64,000 nt of DNA from the human T2T-CHM13v2.0 reference genome, Homo sapiens: NCBI RefSeq assembly GCF_009914755.1, contig NC_060944.1; one strand, given 5' to 3'. Position 1 is the stretch's first letter; each line of letters begins with the position of its first letter. This document shows, piece after piece, positions 1 through 15,132 of this stretch. Position numbers and translations under genes: made by a program. The notes below the pieces were generated by a model, which had not been told where the DNA came from, did not search any database, and worked only from the letters and a program-made list of their open reading frames with translations.

Positions 1-1175
1 CCTGTACACTGAAAATTAAAAATGTTTCTGAACAAGTTATGGAAAACGTAAGTAAATGTAAGATCATTCTGAGTTAATGGATTTACTTTATGAACAACTG
101 ATTTTTGCCAAGGGTTCTAAGACCACCGAATCGGGGAAGAATAGTCTCTTCAAAAATTGGTGCTGGGACAACTAGATCTTCACATGCAAAAGAATTAAGG
201 TGGACACTTACTTCACAACATAAACACAAATTAACTGAAAAAAGATGAAAGACCTAAATGTAAGAGGTAAAGCATAAAATTCTTATAAGAAAACATAGTA
301 TTATACCCTCAATAATAAAGAGAAAATAACTCAATTTAAAAAATATAAAAATAATTTGAATAGATATTCCTTCAAGGTAGATATATGTATGTCTAATGAG
401 CACACAAAATGAAGTTTAATATCAGTCATCAGGAAAGTGCTAATCCAAACCACGATGAAACATCAACTAATGCCCACTAACATAGCCACAATAAAAAAAA
501 AAACACAGAAAATAGCAAGTGTTGGCAAGGATGTAGAGAAAAAAGAGCCCTCATACATTGCTAGTGGAAATGTGAAATGCTTTAGCCACTGTATAAAGGT
601 TTGGCAGTTTCTCAAAAAAATAAATATGAAATTACCATTTGACCCAGTAATTCCACTCCTTTGTATATACTCAAAAGTATTGAAAATAGGTATTCAAACA
701 AAGACTTGTACAGGAATGTTCATAGCAGTACTATTCACAATAGCCAAAAGGTAGAAATTACACACATATCCATCCATAAATGAATGGATAAATAAAAAAG
801 TCATATATATACATAGAATGGCCATTATTCAGCCATAAAAAGAAAAGAGGTACTGATATGTGGACCCAAGGGTGAATCTCAAAAACGTTAAGCTAAAGAA
901 ACCAAACACAAATGGTCACTACTCCATTATTCCACTCATATGAAATCCCCACAATAGATAAAGTAATAGAGACACAAAGAAGATTGGTAGTTGCCAGGAA
1001 ATTAATGGGGGAAGAACATACAAGTGGCTGCTTAGTGCATATGGGCTTTTCTTTTTGGGTCATGAAAATGATTTGGAACTTGATATAGGTGGGTTGAACA
1101 ACATTGTGAATGTACTAAGTATCGCTAAATTGAAATGTCTAATTGTGTTATGTGAATTTCACCTCATTAAAAAAA
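1..1175 (+). mobile_element. Old LINE-1 3' portion (L1MB-like): decayed ORF2 C-terminus and 3'UTR
   Basis: ORF 437..754 translates to a degenerate ORF2 C-terminus (LPFDPVIPLLCIY..TCTGMFIAVLFTIAKR). Ends in TGTGAATTTCACCTCATTAAAAAAA, as L1MB 3' ends do. Confidence 0.8.
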
Positions 1176-1258
1176 GATATGTAAAAGAATGATAGAAAAA
1201 GATTATAATTCACTGAATTAAAAAAATCTGAATCCATAGTGATATTCATTAAAATGTA

Positions 1259-1462
1259 GAGAGAGGGAGGGAGGGAAGGAAGCATGGAAGGAAGGAAGGA
1301 AGCAAGCAAGGAAGGAAGGAGGGAGGGAGGGAGGGAGGAAGAAGGGAAAGGAAAGGAAGGGAAGGGAAGGGGAGAAGGGGAGAAGGGGAGAAGGGGGAAA
1401 GGAAAGAAAAGAAGGAAAGGAATGAAAGGAAGGGAAAGAGGGAGGGAGGGAGGGAGGAAGAA
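1259..1462. repeat. Polypurine low-complexity repeat (GGAA/GGGA/GAAA)
   Basis: About 200 bp of almost pure A/G on the + strand. Confidence 0.95.
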
Positions 1463-1479
1463 GAGTATTTTCATGGTTT

Positions 1480-1955
1480 TTAAGTGTCACTCCACAGATT
1501 ACTTTTTAATACAAATGGGGAAATCTACCTTTACAGTAAAGATATCTGGCAGACAACATCTCAACCCAGTAGTTTTACTTAGCATTGCCAACTATGGAGC
1601 AAATTGACATCACAGGCCCCCTAGTAGGGTGCAAAAGAAAGAAGGCAATATCTGCTATGTGATACTGTTGCCACAGATGCTTACAATGAATCATATCACA
1701 TGGAAATAATCAGATGATTCAGATGTGGAACACATCATATGATAGTCTAGACTCTTCAAAATGTCAATATTATGAAAGATGAAATAATATGAAGGAATAT
1801 TCTAGGTTAAATAAGAATAAAGAGAACTTGACAACAAAATGTAATGTGTAAGCCTTGATTAAATCTGGAATCAAGGGGAAAACAAACAATCCTAGCTGTT
1901 AAAATCATATTTGGAACAATTGGGGAAATTTGATCATGAGCTGTACAGTATGTAT
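1480..1955 (+). mobile_element. Ancient L1M (L1MC/L1ME-like) 3'UTR fragment, host of the ERV-L insertion
   Basis: Motifs TCTGGCAGACAACATCTCAACC..CAAATTGACATCA and TTTGGAACAATTGGGGAAATTTGA resemble L1MC/ME 3'UTRs. Confidence 0.55.
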
Positions 1956-1960
1956 ATAAT

Positions 1961-2793
1961 GGTGTCATTTATTCATTGCCTCTCAGCTTCTAATAAACCC
2001 TTCAATATACACTCTGTGATAAACAGTGAAATTTCTTTAAACATTTCCCCTTTAAAAAGTGAGCATGATGCTAAGCTTTCTAAGTAGAGGGTACTGGAGA
2101 GACTTTGCAGGAGCAAGAGACTCCTGCAATTTCCATGCCAAAGGGTGGCCACTGGCGGGGAGAGATTAGTGTTGGTGCCACGGAGCCTACCCCAGCGTAA
2201 GACCCGAAACATAATCTCTCTGCCACCAACCTCTGCCTGGCAATGGCCTTTCTACAAACTTCTTAACATGGAAATCAATATCCCTGCATGGCTTACATAA
2301 AGCTGCCTATAACACAAAGGGTTACATGCAGAACACTACTTGTTCTACGAGTTTCTATGTGGTCTGCATACAGCCTACCTATGCCCTAGGTATTCCGGCA
2401 GAGCTGCCACTCCCTCCGAAGAGATCTGCATACTCTGAGGTCTTCCCTACCTATTGTCACCTGGACTCCTGCTGCCACTGGTTACTCATTGCCAGCTTTT
2501 GCAGCTACAATCCAGAGGGTTGTCTATTTGCTCAGAATCTCAAGAATAGCTCCAGACTGGCGAAACTATTTAACTTCTTGGCTATCTGGTGGCTAACCCA
2601 CCTGTGCTATGAGGTCTGAACTCCTTTTCAAGTTTGTTCTGCTCTTGGCACTCTCTCTCAGTCCTGGGTTACTATGTAGACTTCTCTTGTATTTTATAGT
2701 TAGTCCTTTACTATAGTTAATAATTTTACAGTTTAACTTACCCTTTTTAACATACTTTCTGGTATATATCTCCTGACTATCCAGATTGCTGCA
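1961..2793 (+). mobile_element. 5' LTR, MER74/MER73/MER54 group (ERVL)
   Basis: ATTGCCTCTCAGCTTCTAATAAACCCTTC...GCTAAGCTTTCTAAGTAGAGGGTACTGGAGAGACTTTGCAGGAG matches the MER74-group motif. Homologous to 15133-16015. Confidence 0.75.
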
Positions 2794-2840
2794 GAATTGC
2801 TATCAGGCATAGTTCCAGAAAATATACCCCCTAAAGATGA

Positions 2841-3358
2841 CATATTAGTTTCCTGGGCTTCCGTGACAGTTACCCCAAACTGGGTGGCTTAAAGCAGCAG
2901 AAATTCATGGATCTCACAGTTCTGAGGCTAGAAGTTAAAAATCAGTATCACTGAGCCATAGTTAAGCTGTGGGCAGGGCCTCACTCCATCTGGAGGATCC
3001 AGGGGAAAGTCTGTTCCTGTCCATTCCACCTTCTGAGGGCTTCTGGCATTCCTTGGCTAATGGCTACTTCACTCCAACCTTGAAATCTGCTTGTATCTTT
3101 ATATGACCTTATCCTCTGTATGTATCAAATCTCTCCTGCCTCTCCCCTAGGGATAAGTGTCATTGTATTTAAGGCCCACCCGAATAATTCAGGATATTCT
3201 CTCCATCTCAAAATCCTTAATTTAATCTCATTTGCACTCCTCAGCTTCTTTTTTACCACACGAGGTAAAAGTCACAGGTTTCAGAGATTAGGATGTGAGA
3301 CATGTGAGACGTGTGAGACGTGTGGTCTTTTAGGGGGAATTTTTTTCAGCCTACCTCA
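2841..3358 (-). mobile_element. MLT1 (MaLR) solo LTR, MLT1C-E like
   Basis: TATTAGTTTCCTGGGCT..AAACTGGGTGGCTTAAA..CTCACAGTTCTG and terminal TTCAGCCTACCTCA. Near-TSD GATGA/GATGG. Confidence 0.85.
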
Positions 3359-5050
3359 GATGGGGTGTGAGGACTGGTTTGGTTATGCCCTTGGGTCTGA
3401 GCATGATCTTTACCAGTGAGATATGGGACACTAATAACCAATGGCATGAAATGACATTACAATTAATCAAGCCATCCTCTGCAGCTGATTATAATTAAGT
3501 GCCAATTGAAACACATACCTTGGGAGTTCAAGTGGGTGCTATCCTTAACTGTATGGCAGTAATAATGACTATAAAGGCTGCAGTGTGAAATAGTTGTTTG
3601 TTTGTTTGTTTGTTTTTGTTTAGTGCACTTGAGTGCTTACAAAGAGAAAATGACAAGCTAAGGTCTATTATCTTCCATTTCACGTCACGGTCCGAAAAAT
3701 CAGACAGCTTTCACAATAGCCCTCCATGACATCCCTATGACAATGTTTTTTTTTTCTAGTATAATAGGTGCAGGGCCAATATCGCTGAAAATCAGACACA
3801 AATTTTAATTGTGAGAGTTGTTAAATTACAATGACAATTGTATTAAAAGTGTGTTATGACAATTCATAGTATCTCCAAGTTTCTTATGTTAAAGGCTATT
3901 GATTGAAAAGTAGTGAGATTCTAAAATTTGTCATGAAGACATCTGGTTGAACCCAGATAAAACTGATAATCTTGAACCCTCAACTCATTCTGAGCATCTC
4001 TTACCAACAGAAATGGCTGGCCATCTGGTACTCCAGGAGTCTGCCTTCCTCAGCCTGAAAACCCTTTGATACAGTAAGTTGGGTTGGATGCCTTGGAAAG
4101 TAATGCTTATTCTTCTTGGGATCCATCACAAACCCCCACCTCCATTGTCACTAGGCCCATAGCTAGTGTCAAATCTCAGTGGGCTCTGGGGTGGCAGACA
4201 ACATAACCCATGGTGAAATAGCAAGACCTTGCTAATATATATTGGCAGAAACCATGGGAATGTGTGAGAATATTGTTTAAGGATATTAGACCAAAAAGGA
4301 AGCAATATAACACTAGATTTTGCTGTATTAATTGACATAAATTAATGAACAGCCTCAGTCAGGGGTGGTTCTTGGCAAAGATAAAGGAAAATCTCCCCAG
4401 TGGCAGACCTTCATGAAGTATATTTGTTGTCCATTATATCTGGAGTGAGAACTGGCCGGAGTGTAGATCTATACTAATTTATGAGCACTTGCTAATTAAT
4501 GGTTTAGCTGAAGGGTTAGGGACTTTCAAAGAAGTAAACTTAGAAGACTTGTAACAAATGTGTTTGGGGAAGAAGTATGTGGATTGACCTCTCAGAATGG
4601 ACACAGACTGTGAAGATATTTTTGTCCCATGTGGATGCTCAGGAAAAGGCATCCACTGTAGTTAATAGTAATGTATTGTATACTTAAAATTTGAGTAGAT
4701 CTTACATGTTCTCAATATTTAAAAAACTACTATGTGAAGGTGAGGAGTATGTTAATTAGCTTGGTTGTGATAATCACTTCACAATGTATATATATGTCAA
4801 AACATCACATTTTAAACCTTAAGTACATAGACCTTTGTCAATAACTCAATAAATCTGGGGAAAAATAAGTAAACAAAGTAATATCTCTGTGTATGTTAGC
4901 AATTCTCTTTCCCCAGCCACCCCAGTGCTTGCCCAATGGACTGATGAACATGGTGACCATAATAACAGGGTTGTAGGCTATGTCTGGGCTCAACAGGAAC
5001 TTCTTACTAAGGTTGACCTGGCTACCACTAATGTGTAGCCTGATCTACCA
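3359..5050 (+). pseudogene. ERV-L internal relic: gag fragment, then RNase H and integrase N-terminus (RT region largely deleted)
   Basis: GAAAATGACAAGCTAAGG (gag). About 4400-4520 resembles ERV-L RNase H (W.E..AV...W.E.WP....YT...A.ANGLA). About 4915-5050 resembles the AQW.HE..GH integrase zinc-finger region. All frames are disrupted. Confidence 0.7.
4657..4868 (+). mobile_element. L1MA8-10-like 3' end fragment
   Basis: AGTTAATAGTAATGTATTGTATACTTAAAATTTG...TATGTTAATTAGCTTG...CTCAATAAATCTGGGGAAAAA. Confidence 0.75.
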
Positions 5051-6018
5051 TTTTTTTTGCTTTTAATTCTCCAAAATTTCTTTTCTAGTATGTGTATAAA
5101 GTTATGGCATGCATCACATCACTCAAATAATATACATTACACTCATTAAGTGATTTATCATCACTTCCCTCACTTCCACTCTTTCACCTGTCCGAGTTTC
5201 CTTTGTCTGTTATTCCACATTCTACATCCATGCATACACATTATTCAGCTCCCACTTATAAAGTGAGAATATACAGTATTTGTCTTGCTATGTCTCACTT
5301 GTTTCACTAAAGCTAATGTCCTCCAGTTCCATTAAAGTTGCTTCAAAAGACAAAAATTTTTTTTTGTTTTTTTACTGCTAAATGGTGTCACATTACGGAC
5401 ATGTGCCACATTTTCTTTATCCAGTTATCCACTGATGGACACTTAGGTTGATTCCATATCTTTGCTATTGTGAATAGTTCTTCCACAAACATATAGGTGC
5501 GGTTATCTTTTTGATATAATGATTTATTTTCTTTTGAGTGGTTACCAGATAGTGGAATTGCTGGATTGAATAGTAGTTCTATTTTTAGTTCTCTGAGAAA
5601 TCTCCATACTGTTTTATGTTCCCACTAACAGTGTATAAGAGTTCTCTTTCCTCCACATTCTACCAACATTTGTTATTTTTTGTCTTTTTAATAATAACCA
5701 TTCTGACTGGCCTTAGATCATATCTCATTGTGGTTTTAATTTGCATTTCTTTGATGATTAGTGATATTGAGCATTTTTTTATACACCTGTTGGCCATCAG
5801 ATGTCTTCTTTTGAAAAATGACTATTAATATTCTTTGCGTATTTTTAATGGATTATTAGTTTTTGTTGTTGAGTTGTTGAGTCCCTTGTAAATTATGGAT
5901 ATTAGTCCTTGTTGGATAAATGGTTTTCAAATATTTGTTCCCATTCCGAGGGTTGCCTGTTTGTATTCCTTTTTCTATGCAGAAGCTTTTTAGTTTAATT
6001 AAGTCCCATTTGTCTATC
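5051..6018 (-). mobile_element. 5'-truncated L1PB/L1MA, antisense, inserted in the ERV-L integrase
   Basis: T-run at 5051, CTCCCACTTATAAAGTGAGAA and reverse-strand [13 protein letters not shown] (ORF 5856..6080). Confidence 0.85.
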
Positions 6019-6879
6019 TGCCAATTTTGGATATCAACAGTTTCCATTGTGGCACCATTCCCTGGGGACCACCCTGCCACCTAGCGGCAGGTTGATTGAA
6101 TTGGCTCTCTTCCATCACGGAAGTGACAGATTTATCCTCATTGGAATAGACATATGATCCGGATATGAGTTTATCTTCCCTGCTGGTAATATTTCTTTTA
6201 GTACTACCATAAATGGACTCAAATAATGCCTGACCCACCGTGATGGGATTCCTCACAGTACTGCGTTGGATCCAGAAGTGCATTTCACAGCAAAGGAAAT
6301 GCAATAATGGGATCATGTCTTAGAATCAAATGGCCTTCCCATATACCTCATTACCCAAGAGCAGTTGGCCTAATTGAAAGGTAACATGGCTTAATAAAGA
6401 CTCTGTTATGGTGTCAATTGGTAAATTACAGCTTGAATGCGCAGGATTTTGTTTTATAGGGTGCAGTTTATGCTTTGAATCAGAGGTCACTGTATGTCAT
6501 TGTTTTTCCTACAGTCAGAGTGCGTGTGTCCTGGAATCAAGGTGTGAAAGTGAAAATGTCTACTCTATTATCTAATAACCCCCTGCAAAATTTTGCCTCT
6601 TATTCTGATAATGTTGAGCTCTGCTGGATTGGAGATCTTAGCCTACAAGAGGAATGCTTCCCCTGGGGGACATGATAGGTCCATAGCAATGACTTCATCA
6701 AATTGAAAGATGAAGTTTTGATCTGGTCACTTTGGGCTCCCTCCACCACTAAACAAATAAGCAAACTAACAAAAAAAGGAGCTAAAAGGGAGCTAATCTA
6801 CTGGCTGGAATGATTGATTTTGATTACCCAGAGTAATCTGGGTTGCTGCTGTAAAAGAAAAAGAAAGACAATGTCTGGA
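6019..6879 (+). pseudogene. ERV-L integrase core and dUTPase relic
   Basis: TGGCACCATTCCCTGGGGACCA..GGCAGGTTGAT..GGAATAGACA..GGATATG (GTIP.GD.PA.WQVD..GID.YSGY). Also GGTCACTTTGGGCTC..GCTGGAATGATTGATTTTGATTACC (GHFGL..AGVID.DY). A dUTPase 3' of integrase is the ERV-L hallmark. Confidence 0.75.
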
Positions 6880-7245
6880 AACTATTTTTATGTAAACAGA
6901 AAAAAAAAAAAGCTTTCATAAGAACCAAAAAATCACATGAACACTCATAGAACCTGGTTGTAACTTCATATCACTGAAAAAGGCACGGAAGAGATAGAAA
7001 AAAACCAGTCCTGAATTGCCAATGCCAAGCTTCCCCAAACCTCCATAGTGGCTATGTGGTACAGAGAGCATCTCTGGTTGCTGGGGGCAGGGGAGCACAG
7101 CAATTGTGATTCATTGAACTCAGTGTTGTCCTTTTAGAGAAGAAAGGAAAACTGGACCAAACTCAGCTGATGCCTGCCCACAGAAAAAGCATTTAAACCA
7201 GCCCTACCCAGAAAAGAATTGCAAATCTCAACTATCCTAACTTGA

Positions 7246-7633
<388 letters not shown>

Positions 7634-10600
7634 AGGGCTACAACTCTTAGATGTGTCCTAGTGCTGAACCAGGCCCAGAGACAGTGGACTGGGAAGGAGG
7701 GGTACACAATATACTCAGACACCAGCTAGGGCAGCCAAGGGAGTGCTGGCATCACATCTTCCCTAGCCCCAGGCTGCACAGCTTGAGGCTCCAAAAGAGA
7801 CACCTGAGGAAAGAAAAAGGAAACGTGGGGAGGACTTTATCTTGCATCTTAGGTACCACGTTTGCCACAGCAGGATAGGGCACCGGTCAGAGTGGTGAGG
7901 TCCCTATTTCAGGCCCTAGCTCCCAGATATTACTTCTAGACAGACCCTTAGCCAGAAAGAAACCTGCTGCCTTGAAAGGACTCAGTCTTAGCAGCATACA
8001 TCACCTGCTAACTGAAGAGCCCTTGTGTCCAGAATAACCAGAAGCAATACCCAGATACTACAGCAAGGGCCTTGGGTGAGCTTCTGAGGCTTGCCAGATT
8101 TAGGTGAGACTAAGCACATTACTAGCTGAAGTGGCTATGGGCAAAACTCCTTCTGCTTGAGAAAATCAGAGGAAGAAGTAAAGGGGACTTTGTCATGCAC
8201 CTTAGGTACCAGGATGGCAACAGAAAGTAGACCATCAAGTGGGCTCTTGGGGTCCCTGATTCAAGGACTTGACTCTTAGATGACATTTCTGAACCTGCCC
8301 TGGGCCAGAGGGGAGCTCACTGCCCTGAAAGGAAAGTCCCAGGCTATACAGCATTCACCAAAACTGACTTAGCTTTTGGGCCTTAAGGGAATATCAGAGG
8401 TAGTCTGGGAGCACTCCCATGGCCTGTGGTGGTGGTGGTGGCTAAGGGATAAGTCTTCTCTGCCTTTGGAAATGGGTGTGGGAGGGACTGCATGTTGTGC
8501 TTTGACTGCCAAGTCAGCCTCGATACCAGAGAATTCCAGGTAGATTTCTAAAGATTTTGACTCTAGTCTCTGACTCCCAGACAGAACCTCTGGATAGCAC
8601 CTTAGGACCCCTCAGGGGCTTGAGGGACCGCATCACCTTGAAGGGAAGGACACAGGCCTGGCTGGCTTTGCCAAATGATGATTGTAGAGCCCCAGGACCT
8701 AGATCAAACATAGGCAGTAGCCAGGGAGTTGTTACAACAGGACTTGGGTGAAACCCAGTGCTGTGGTGACTTCAGGCCTGACCCAACACAGTCATAGTTT
8801 TGGTGGCCACAGTGGGGCTTCTGTCATTTTACCCCTAGCTTTAGTGGCTCAGAACAGAGAGACTCTATTTGGGAGAACATAAGGGAATAGAACAAGAGTC
8901 TTTGCCTGGGAATTCAGAGAATTCGCCCAGAGCTTGTTGAGGACCATCAAGGTGTTTCCTCCATGAGTCTTCAAGAACTACAGTGTTTCTGGACTTAGGG
9001 TACCTGCTAACATCACAACACCTGAGTCCTTCAAAATGTCTTTAAAACCTTCCCAAGAAGGACAGGTACAAATAAGCCCACAGGGTGAATATGACAATAA
9101 GTACCTAATTCTTCAATGCCCAGACACTGAAGAACATCTATTAGCATCAACATCATCCAGGAAAACATGACCTCACCAAATGAACTAAATAAGGCACCAG
9201 GGACCAGTCTGAGATGAAAGGTCACATATCTGAGAGACAGAGATATGTGACCTTTCAGACTGAGAATTCAAAATAGCTGAGTTGATGAAACTAAAAAAAA
9301 ATTTAAGATAACACAGAGAAGAAATTCAGAATTCTATCAGATAAATTTATCAAAGAGATTGAAATAATTAAAAAGAATCAAGCAGAAATTCTGGAGCTGA
9401 AAAATACAATTGGTATACTGAAGAATGCATCTGAGTCCTTTAATAGCAGAATTGGCTAAGCAGAAGAATTAGTGAGCTTGAAGACAGGCCAGTGGAAAAT
9501 ATAGTCAGAAGCAACAAAATAAAAAAAGAATTAAAAAAATGAAGCATGTCTACAGGATACAGAAGATAGCCTCAAAATCTAAAGAGGAGACAGAAAAAGA
9601 GACAGAGGTAGAAAATTTATTCAAAAGGATTATAACAAAAAACTTCCCAAACCAAGAGAAAGATGTCAATATCCAAGTACAAGAAGGTTATAAAAAAGGA
9701 AGCAGATTTAACCAAAGAAGACTACCTCAAGACATGTAATAATCAAACTCTCACAGGCCATGGACAAAGAAAGGATCCTATAAGCAGTAAGAGAATAAAC
9801 AAATAACATACAATGGAACTCCAATACATCTGGCAGCAGACTTTTCAGTGGAATCCTTACAGGCCAGGAAAGAGTGGCATGAAAACAAGCAAACAACAAA
9901 CAAAAAGCCTTTTACCCTAGAATACTTTATCTGGCAAAAATATCATTCAAACATGAAGAAGAAATAAAGACTCTCCCAGACAAACAAAAGCTGAGGAATT
10001 TAATTAATATCAGACCTGTCCTGCAAGAAATGGTAAAGGAAGTACCACATCCGAAAGAAAAGGACATTTATGAGCAATAAGTAATCAACTGAAGATTCAA
10101 AAGCTCACTGGTAACAGTAAGTACACAGAAAAACACAGAATATTATAACACTGTAACTACTCTTACACTAAGTAGGAAGACTAAACAATTTATCAACCAA
10201 GAATAACTGTGACAACATTTCAAGGCATAATATAATAAGATATAAATAGAAACAACAAGATATTAAAAAGGAGGGCTATGAAGTTCAGGCATAGAGCCTT
10301 TATTAGTTTTCTTCTTGCTTGTTTGCTTGTTCATGCAATCAGTGTTAACTTGTTATCAGGTTAAAATAATGAGTTTATAAGATCATATGTGGAAGTCTCC
10401 TGATAACCTCACACCAAAAAACATACAATGGGCAAATAAAAAATAAAAAGCCAGAAACTAAATTGTATTATCCGAGAAAATCACCTTCATTAAAGGAAGA
10501 CAGGAAGAAAAGAAAGAAGGAAGAAGATCACAGAACAAGCAGAAAACAAGTAACAAATGGCAAGAGTAAATCCTTATTTGTCAATAATAGCATTGAATGG

Positions 10601-13600
10601 AAATGTACTAAACTAGCCAATCAAAAGACAGAGAGTGGCTGATGGATGAAAAAGCAAGAGCCATGGATTTGCTGCATGAAAGAAACACACTTCATCCATA
10701 AAGACACACACAGATTGAAAATAAAGGGATGGAGAAGGATATTCCATGCCAACAGAAACAAAAAAAGAGCAGGAGTCGCTATACTTAGACAAAAGAGATT
10801 TCAAGGAAAAAAACTACAAGAAGAGACAAAAGTTACTATATAATGATAAAGGGGTCAATTTAGCAAGAAGATATAACAATTAAAATATATATGCAGCCAA
10901 GGCCCTGGAACACCCAGATATAAAAAGGACATATTACTAGAGCTAAAGAGAGGGATAGGCCTCAATACAATAATAGCTGGAGACTAACTCCCAACTTTCA
11001 GCATTGGACAGATTTTCCAGGCAGAAACATTGGATTTAATCTGCACTATAGGCCAAATGGACCTAAAAGGTATTTACAGAACATTTCACACAATGGTTGC
11101 AGAAAACGCATTCTTTTCCTCAGAACATGGGTCATTCTTAAGGATAGACCACATGTTAGGTCACAAAACAAGTCTTAAAACATTTGAAAAACTGAAATGA
11201 TGTCAAGCATCTTCTCTGACACAATGGAATAAAACTAGAAATAAATAATAAGAGGAATTTCAGAAACTATACAAATACATGGGAATTAAACAATATGTTC
11301 CTGAATGACCAGTGGGTCAATGAAGAAATTAAGAAGAAAATTGAAAAATTTCCTGAAACAAATGATAATGGAAAAGCACTATACCGAAATATGTGGGATA
11401 CATCAAAAACAGTACTAAGAGGAAAATTTAAAGCTATAAGTGCCTATACCAAAAAAGAGGAAGAATTTCAAATAAACAATTTAATGATGCATCTTAAAGA
11501 ACTAGAAGAGCAAGAGTAAACTGAACCCCAAATTAGTAGAAGAAAATAAATAATAAAGATCAGATCAGAAGTAAATGAACAGAAGATACAAATAAATAAA
11601 TTCAGAAATGAAGAAGGAGGCATTACAACTGATACTGCAGAAACTCAAAGAATCATTAGTGGCTACTATGAGTAACTATATGCCAATAAATTTGAAAATC
11701 TAGAAGAAATGGACAAATTCCTAGACACATGCAACATACCAAAATTGAACCAGGAAGAAATCCAAAACCTGGACAGACCAATAAAAGTAACAAGATCAAA
11801 GCCATAACAAAAAGTCCCCCAGTAAAGAAAAGCCCAAGACCCAAGGACTTCACTGCTGAATTCTACCAAACACTTAAAGAAGAATTAATACAAGCCTACT
11901 GAAATTATTCTGAAAAATAGGAGGAAATGCTTCCAAACTCATTCTACGAGGCCAGTTTACCCTGATAGCAAAACCAGACAAAGACACATCTAAATTAAAA
12001 ACTACAGTCCAATATCTCTGACGAATATTGGTGCAAAAATCCTCAACAAAAAACTAGCAAACTGAATTCAACAATACATTAGAAAAATCATTCATCATGA
12101 CCAAGTCGAATTTATCCCTGGGATGCAAGGATGGTACAACATGTGCAAATCAATTAACATGATACATTATATCAGCAGAACGAAAGATAAAAACCATATG
12201 ATCATTTCAATTGATGCTGAAAAAGCATGTGACACAACTCAACATCCCTTCATGATAAAAAAAAAAAACCCTAAAAAAACCAGGGATTGAAGGAACATAC
12301 CTCAACATAATAAAAGGCGTTTATGACAGACCCACAGCTAGTATCATACTGAATGGGGAAAAACAGAAAGCCTTTCCTCTAAGATCTGGAACAGGACAAG
12401 AATTCTCAGTGTCACCACTGTTTTTCAACATCGTATTGTAAGTCCTAGCTACAGCAACAAGACAAAAGATATAAAGGGCATGTGAACTGGACAGGAAGAA
12501 GTCAAGTTATCCTTTTTTTGCAAATGATATAATCTTAAATTTGGAAAAATCTAAAGACACGACAAGAAAACTATTAGAACTAATAAACAAACTTAATAAA
12601 GTTGCAGGATACAAAATCAACATACAAAAAATCAGTAGCATTTCTATATGCCAACAGTGAACAATGTGAAAAAAGAATGAAAAAGCAATTCCATCTACAA
12701 GAGCAACACGTAATATTAAATACCCAGAAATTAACCAAAGAAGTAAAAGATGTCTATGATGAAAACTATAAAGCATTGATGAAAGAATTGAATAGGATGC
12801 CAAAAATATGAAAAAAAAATTTCATGTTCGTGGATTGAAAGAATCAATCTTGTTAAAATGTCCATACCACCCAAAGCAATCTACAGATTCAATGCAATCC
12901 CTGTCAAGGTACCAATGACATTCTTCACAGAATAGAAAAAACAATCCTAAAATACATATGGAACCACAAAAGGCCCAGAATAACCAAAACTATTCTAAGA
13001 AAAAAGAACAAAACTGAAGGAATTACAGTTCCTGACTTCAAATTTTACTACCGAGCAATAGTAACCAAAGCAGTATGGTACTAGCATAAAAACAAAAACA
13101 TAGACCAATGGAACAGAATAGAGAACCCAGAAAGAAATCCACACACCTACAATGAACTCATTTTTGACAAAGGTACCAAGAACATACACTGGAGGAAAGA
13201 TAGTCTTGTCAATAAATGGTGCTGGGAAAACTGGATATCCACATCATAAGAATGAAACTAGACCCCTATTTCTCACCATATACAAAAATAAAATCAAAAT
13301 GCATTAAAGGCTTAAATCTAAGACCTTGAACTATGAAACTACTACAATAATACATTGGGGAAGATCTTCAGGACATTGGTCTGGGCAAAAATTTCTTGAG
13401 CAATACTCTACAAGCACAGGCAAGTAAAGGAAAAATGGATGAATGGGATTATCAAAGTTAAAAAGTTTTCTCTCAGCAAAGGATACAATCAACAAGGGGA
13501 AGATAAAATCCATACAATGGGAGAAAATATTTGTAAACTACTCATCTGAGAAGAGATTAATAACCAGAATATATAAGGAGCTCAAACAACTCTATAGAAA

Positions 13601-13807
13601 AAATTCAGTAATCTGATCGAAAATAGGCAAAAGATTTGAATAGACATTCTCAAAAGAAGACATAAAAATGGTAAACAGGCATATGATCAGAGAAATGCAA
13701 ATCAAAACTACAATGAGATATCATCTCACCCCAATTCAAATGGCTTATATCCAAAACACAGGCAATAACAAATGCTGTTGAGTATGCAGAGAAAAGGGAA
13801 CACCTTT

Positions 13808-14195
<388 letters not shown>

Positions 14196-15132
14196 TTACA
14201 GTAGTTAAGATTTGGGGACAACCTAAGTGTATATGGAAGAGATATCTGCACTCTTCTTTGATATCTTGTAATCAGCATATTGAAGAGATATCTGCACACC
14301 TTTGTTGCAGCATTGTTTACAATAAATAAGACTTGGAGGCACCCTAGGTGTCCATCAACAGATGAACGATAAAAAAGGTGATAACTATATATAATGGAGT
14401 ATTATTCAACCATATAAAAGGATGAGAACCAGTCATTTGCAACAATGTGGATAGGAACTGGAGATCATTATGTTAAGTAAAGTAAGCCAGACACAGAAAG
14501 ACAAACTTTGCATGTTCTTACTTATTTGTGGGATCAAAAAATCAAAACAATTGAACTCCTGGAAATAGAGAGTAGAAGGATAGTTACCATAGGCTGGGAA
14601 AGGTAGTTGGGGAGCTGGGGAAAGGTAGGGATGGTTAATGGTACAAAAAATAGTTAGAAATAATGAATAATAGCTACTATTTGATAGCACATCAGAATGA
14701 CTATAGTCAATAATAATTCACTAGCACATTTTAAAATAACCTAAAGAGTATACTGGATTGTTTGTAACTCAGAGGATAAATGCTTGAGGGAATGAATATG
14801 CCATTCTCCACGATGTGCATATTTCACTTTGCATGCCTGTATCAAAACATCTCATGTATCCCATAAATATATACACCTACTATGTACCCAGAAAAATCAA
14901 AAATTTTTAAAAAATCAATTAAGAGTTATTGGAGTTTAAATTTACAATTTAAATTTAGGTAAGACTTTGTGAGATAGTGATTGAATTTGAGGAGCAATTA
15001 ATATAGCTAACAGTGGACACAATGCTGAGTGGGGCTGTGTGTCTTCTCCTTTGGGGGAAGAGTCAGAACTTCCTCTCTTGCCAATTTGTGTAGAAAGGTT
15101 CATGTGGAAACTGAGTAGCTAAAGTGGTGGAC

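Noticed and set aside
1148-1607. ORFs of 90-108 aa rich in P/S/L/F or G/R/E/K
   Set aside because: They are translations of the polypurine simple repeat. The same applies to the ORFs at 47841-48319.
5856-6316. ORFs apparently fusing novel sequence to L1 ORF2 ([13 protein letters not shown])
   Set aside because: Chance read-through across the junction of antisense ERV-L and an old L1. They are short and have no expression signals.
3359-6879. Possible domesticated ERV-L gag, integrase or dUTPase gene
   Set aside because: All frames are broken by stops and frameshifts, and the integrase is split by an L1.
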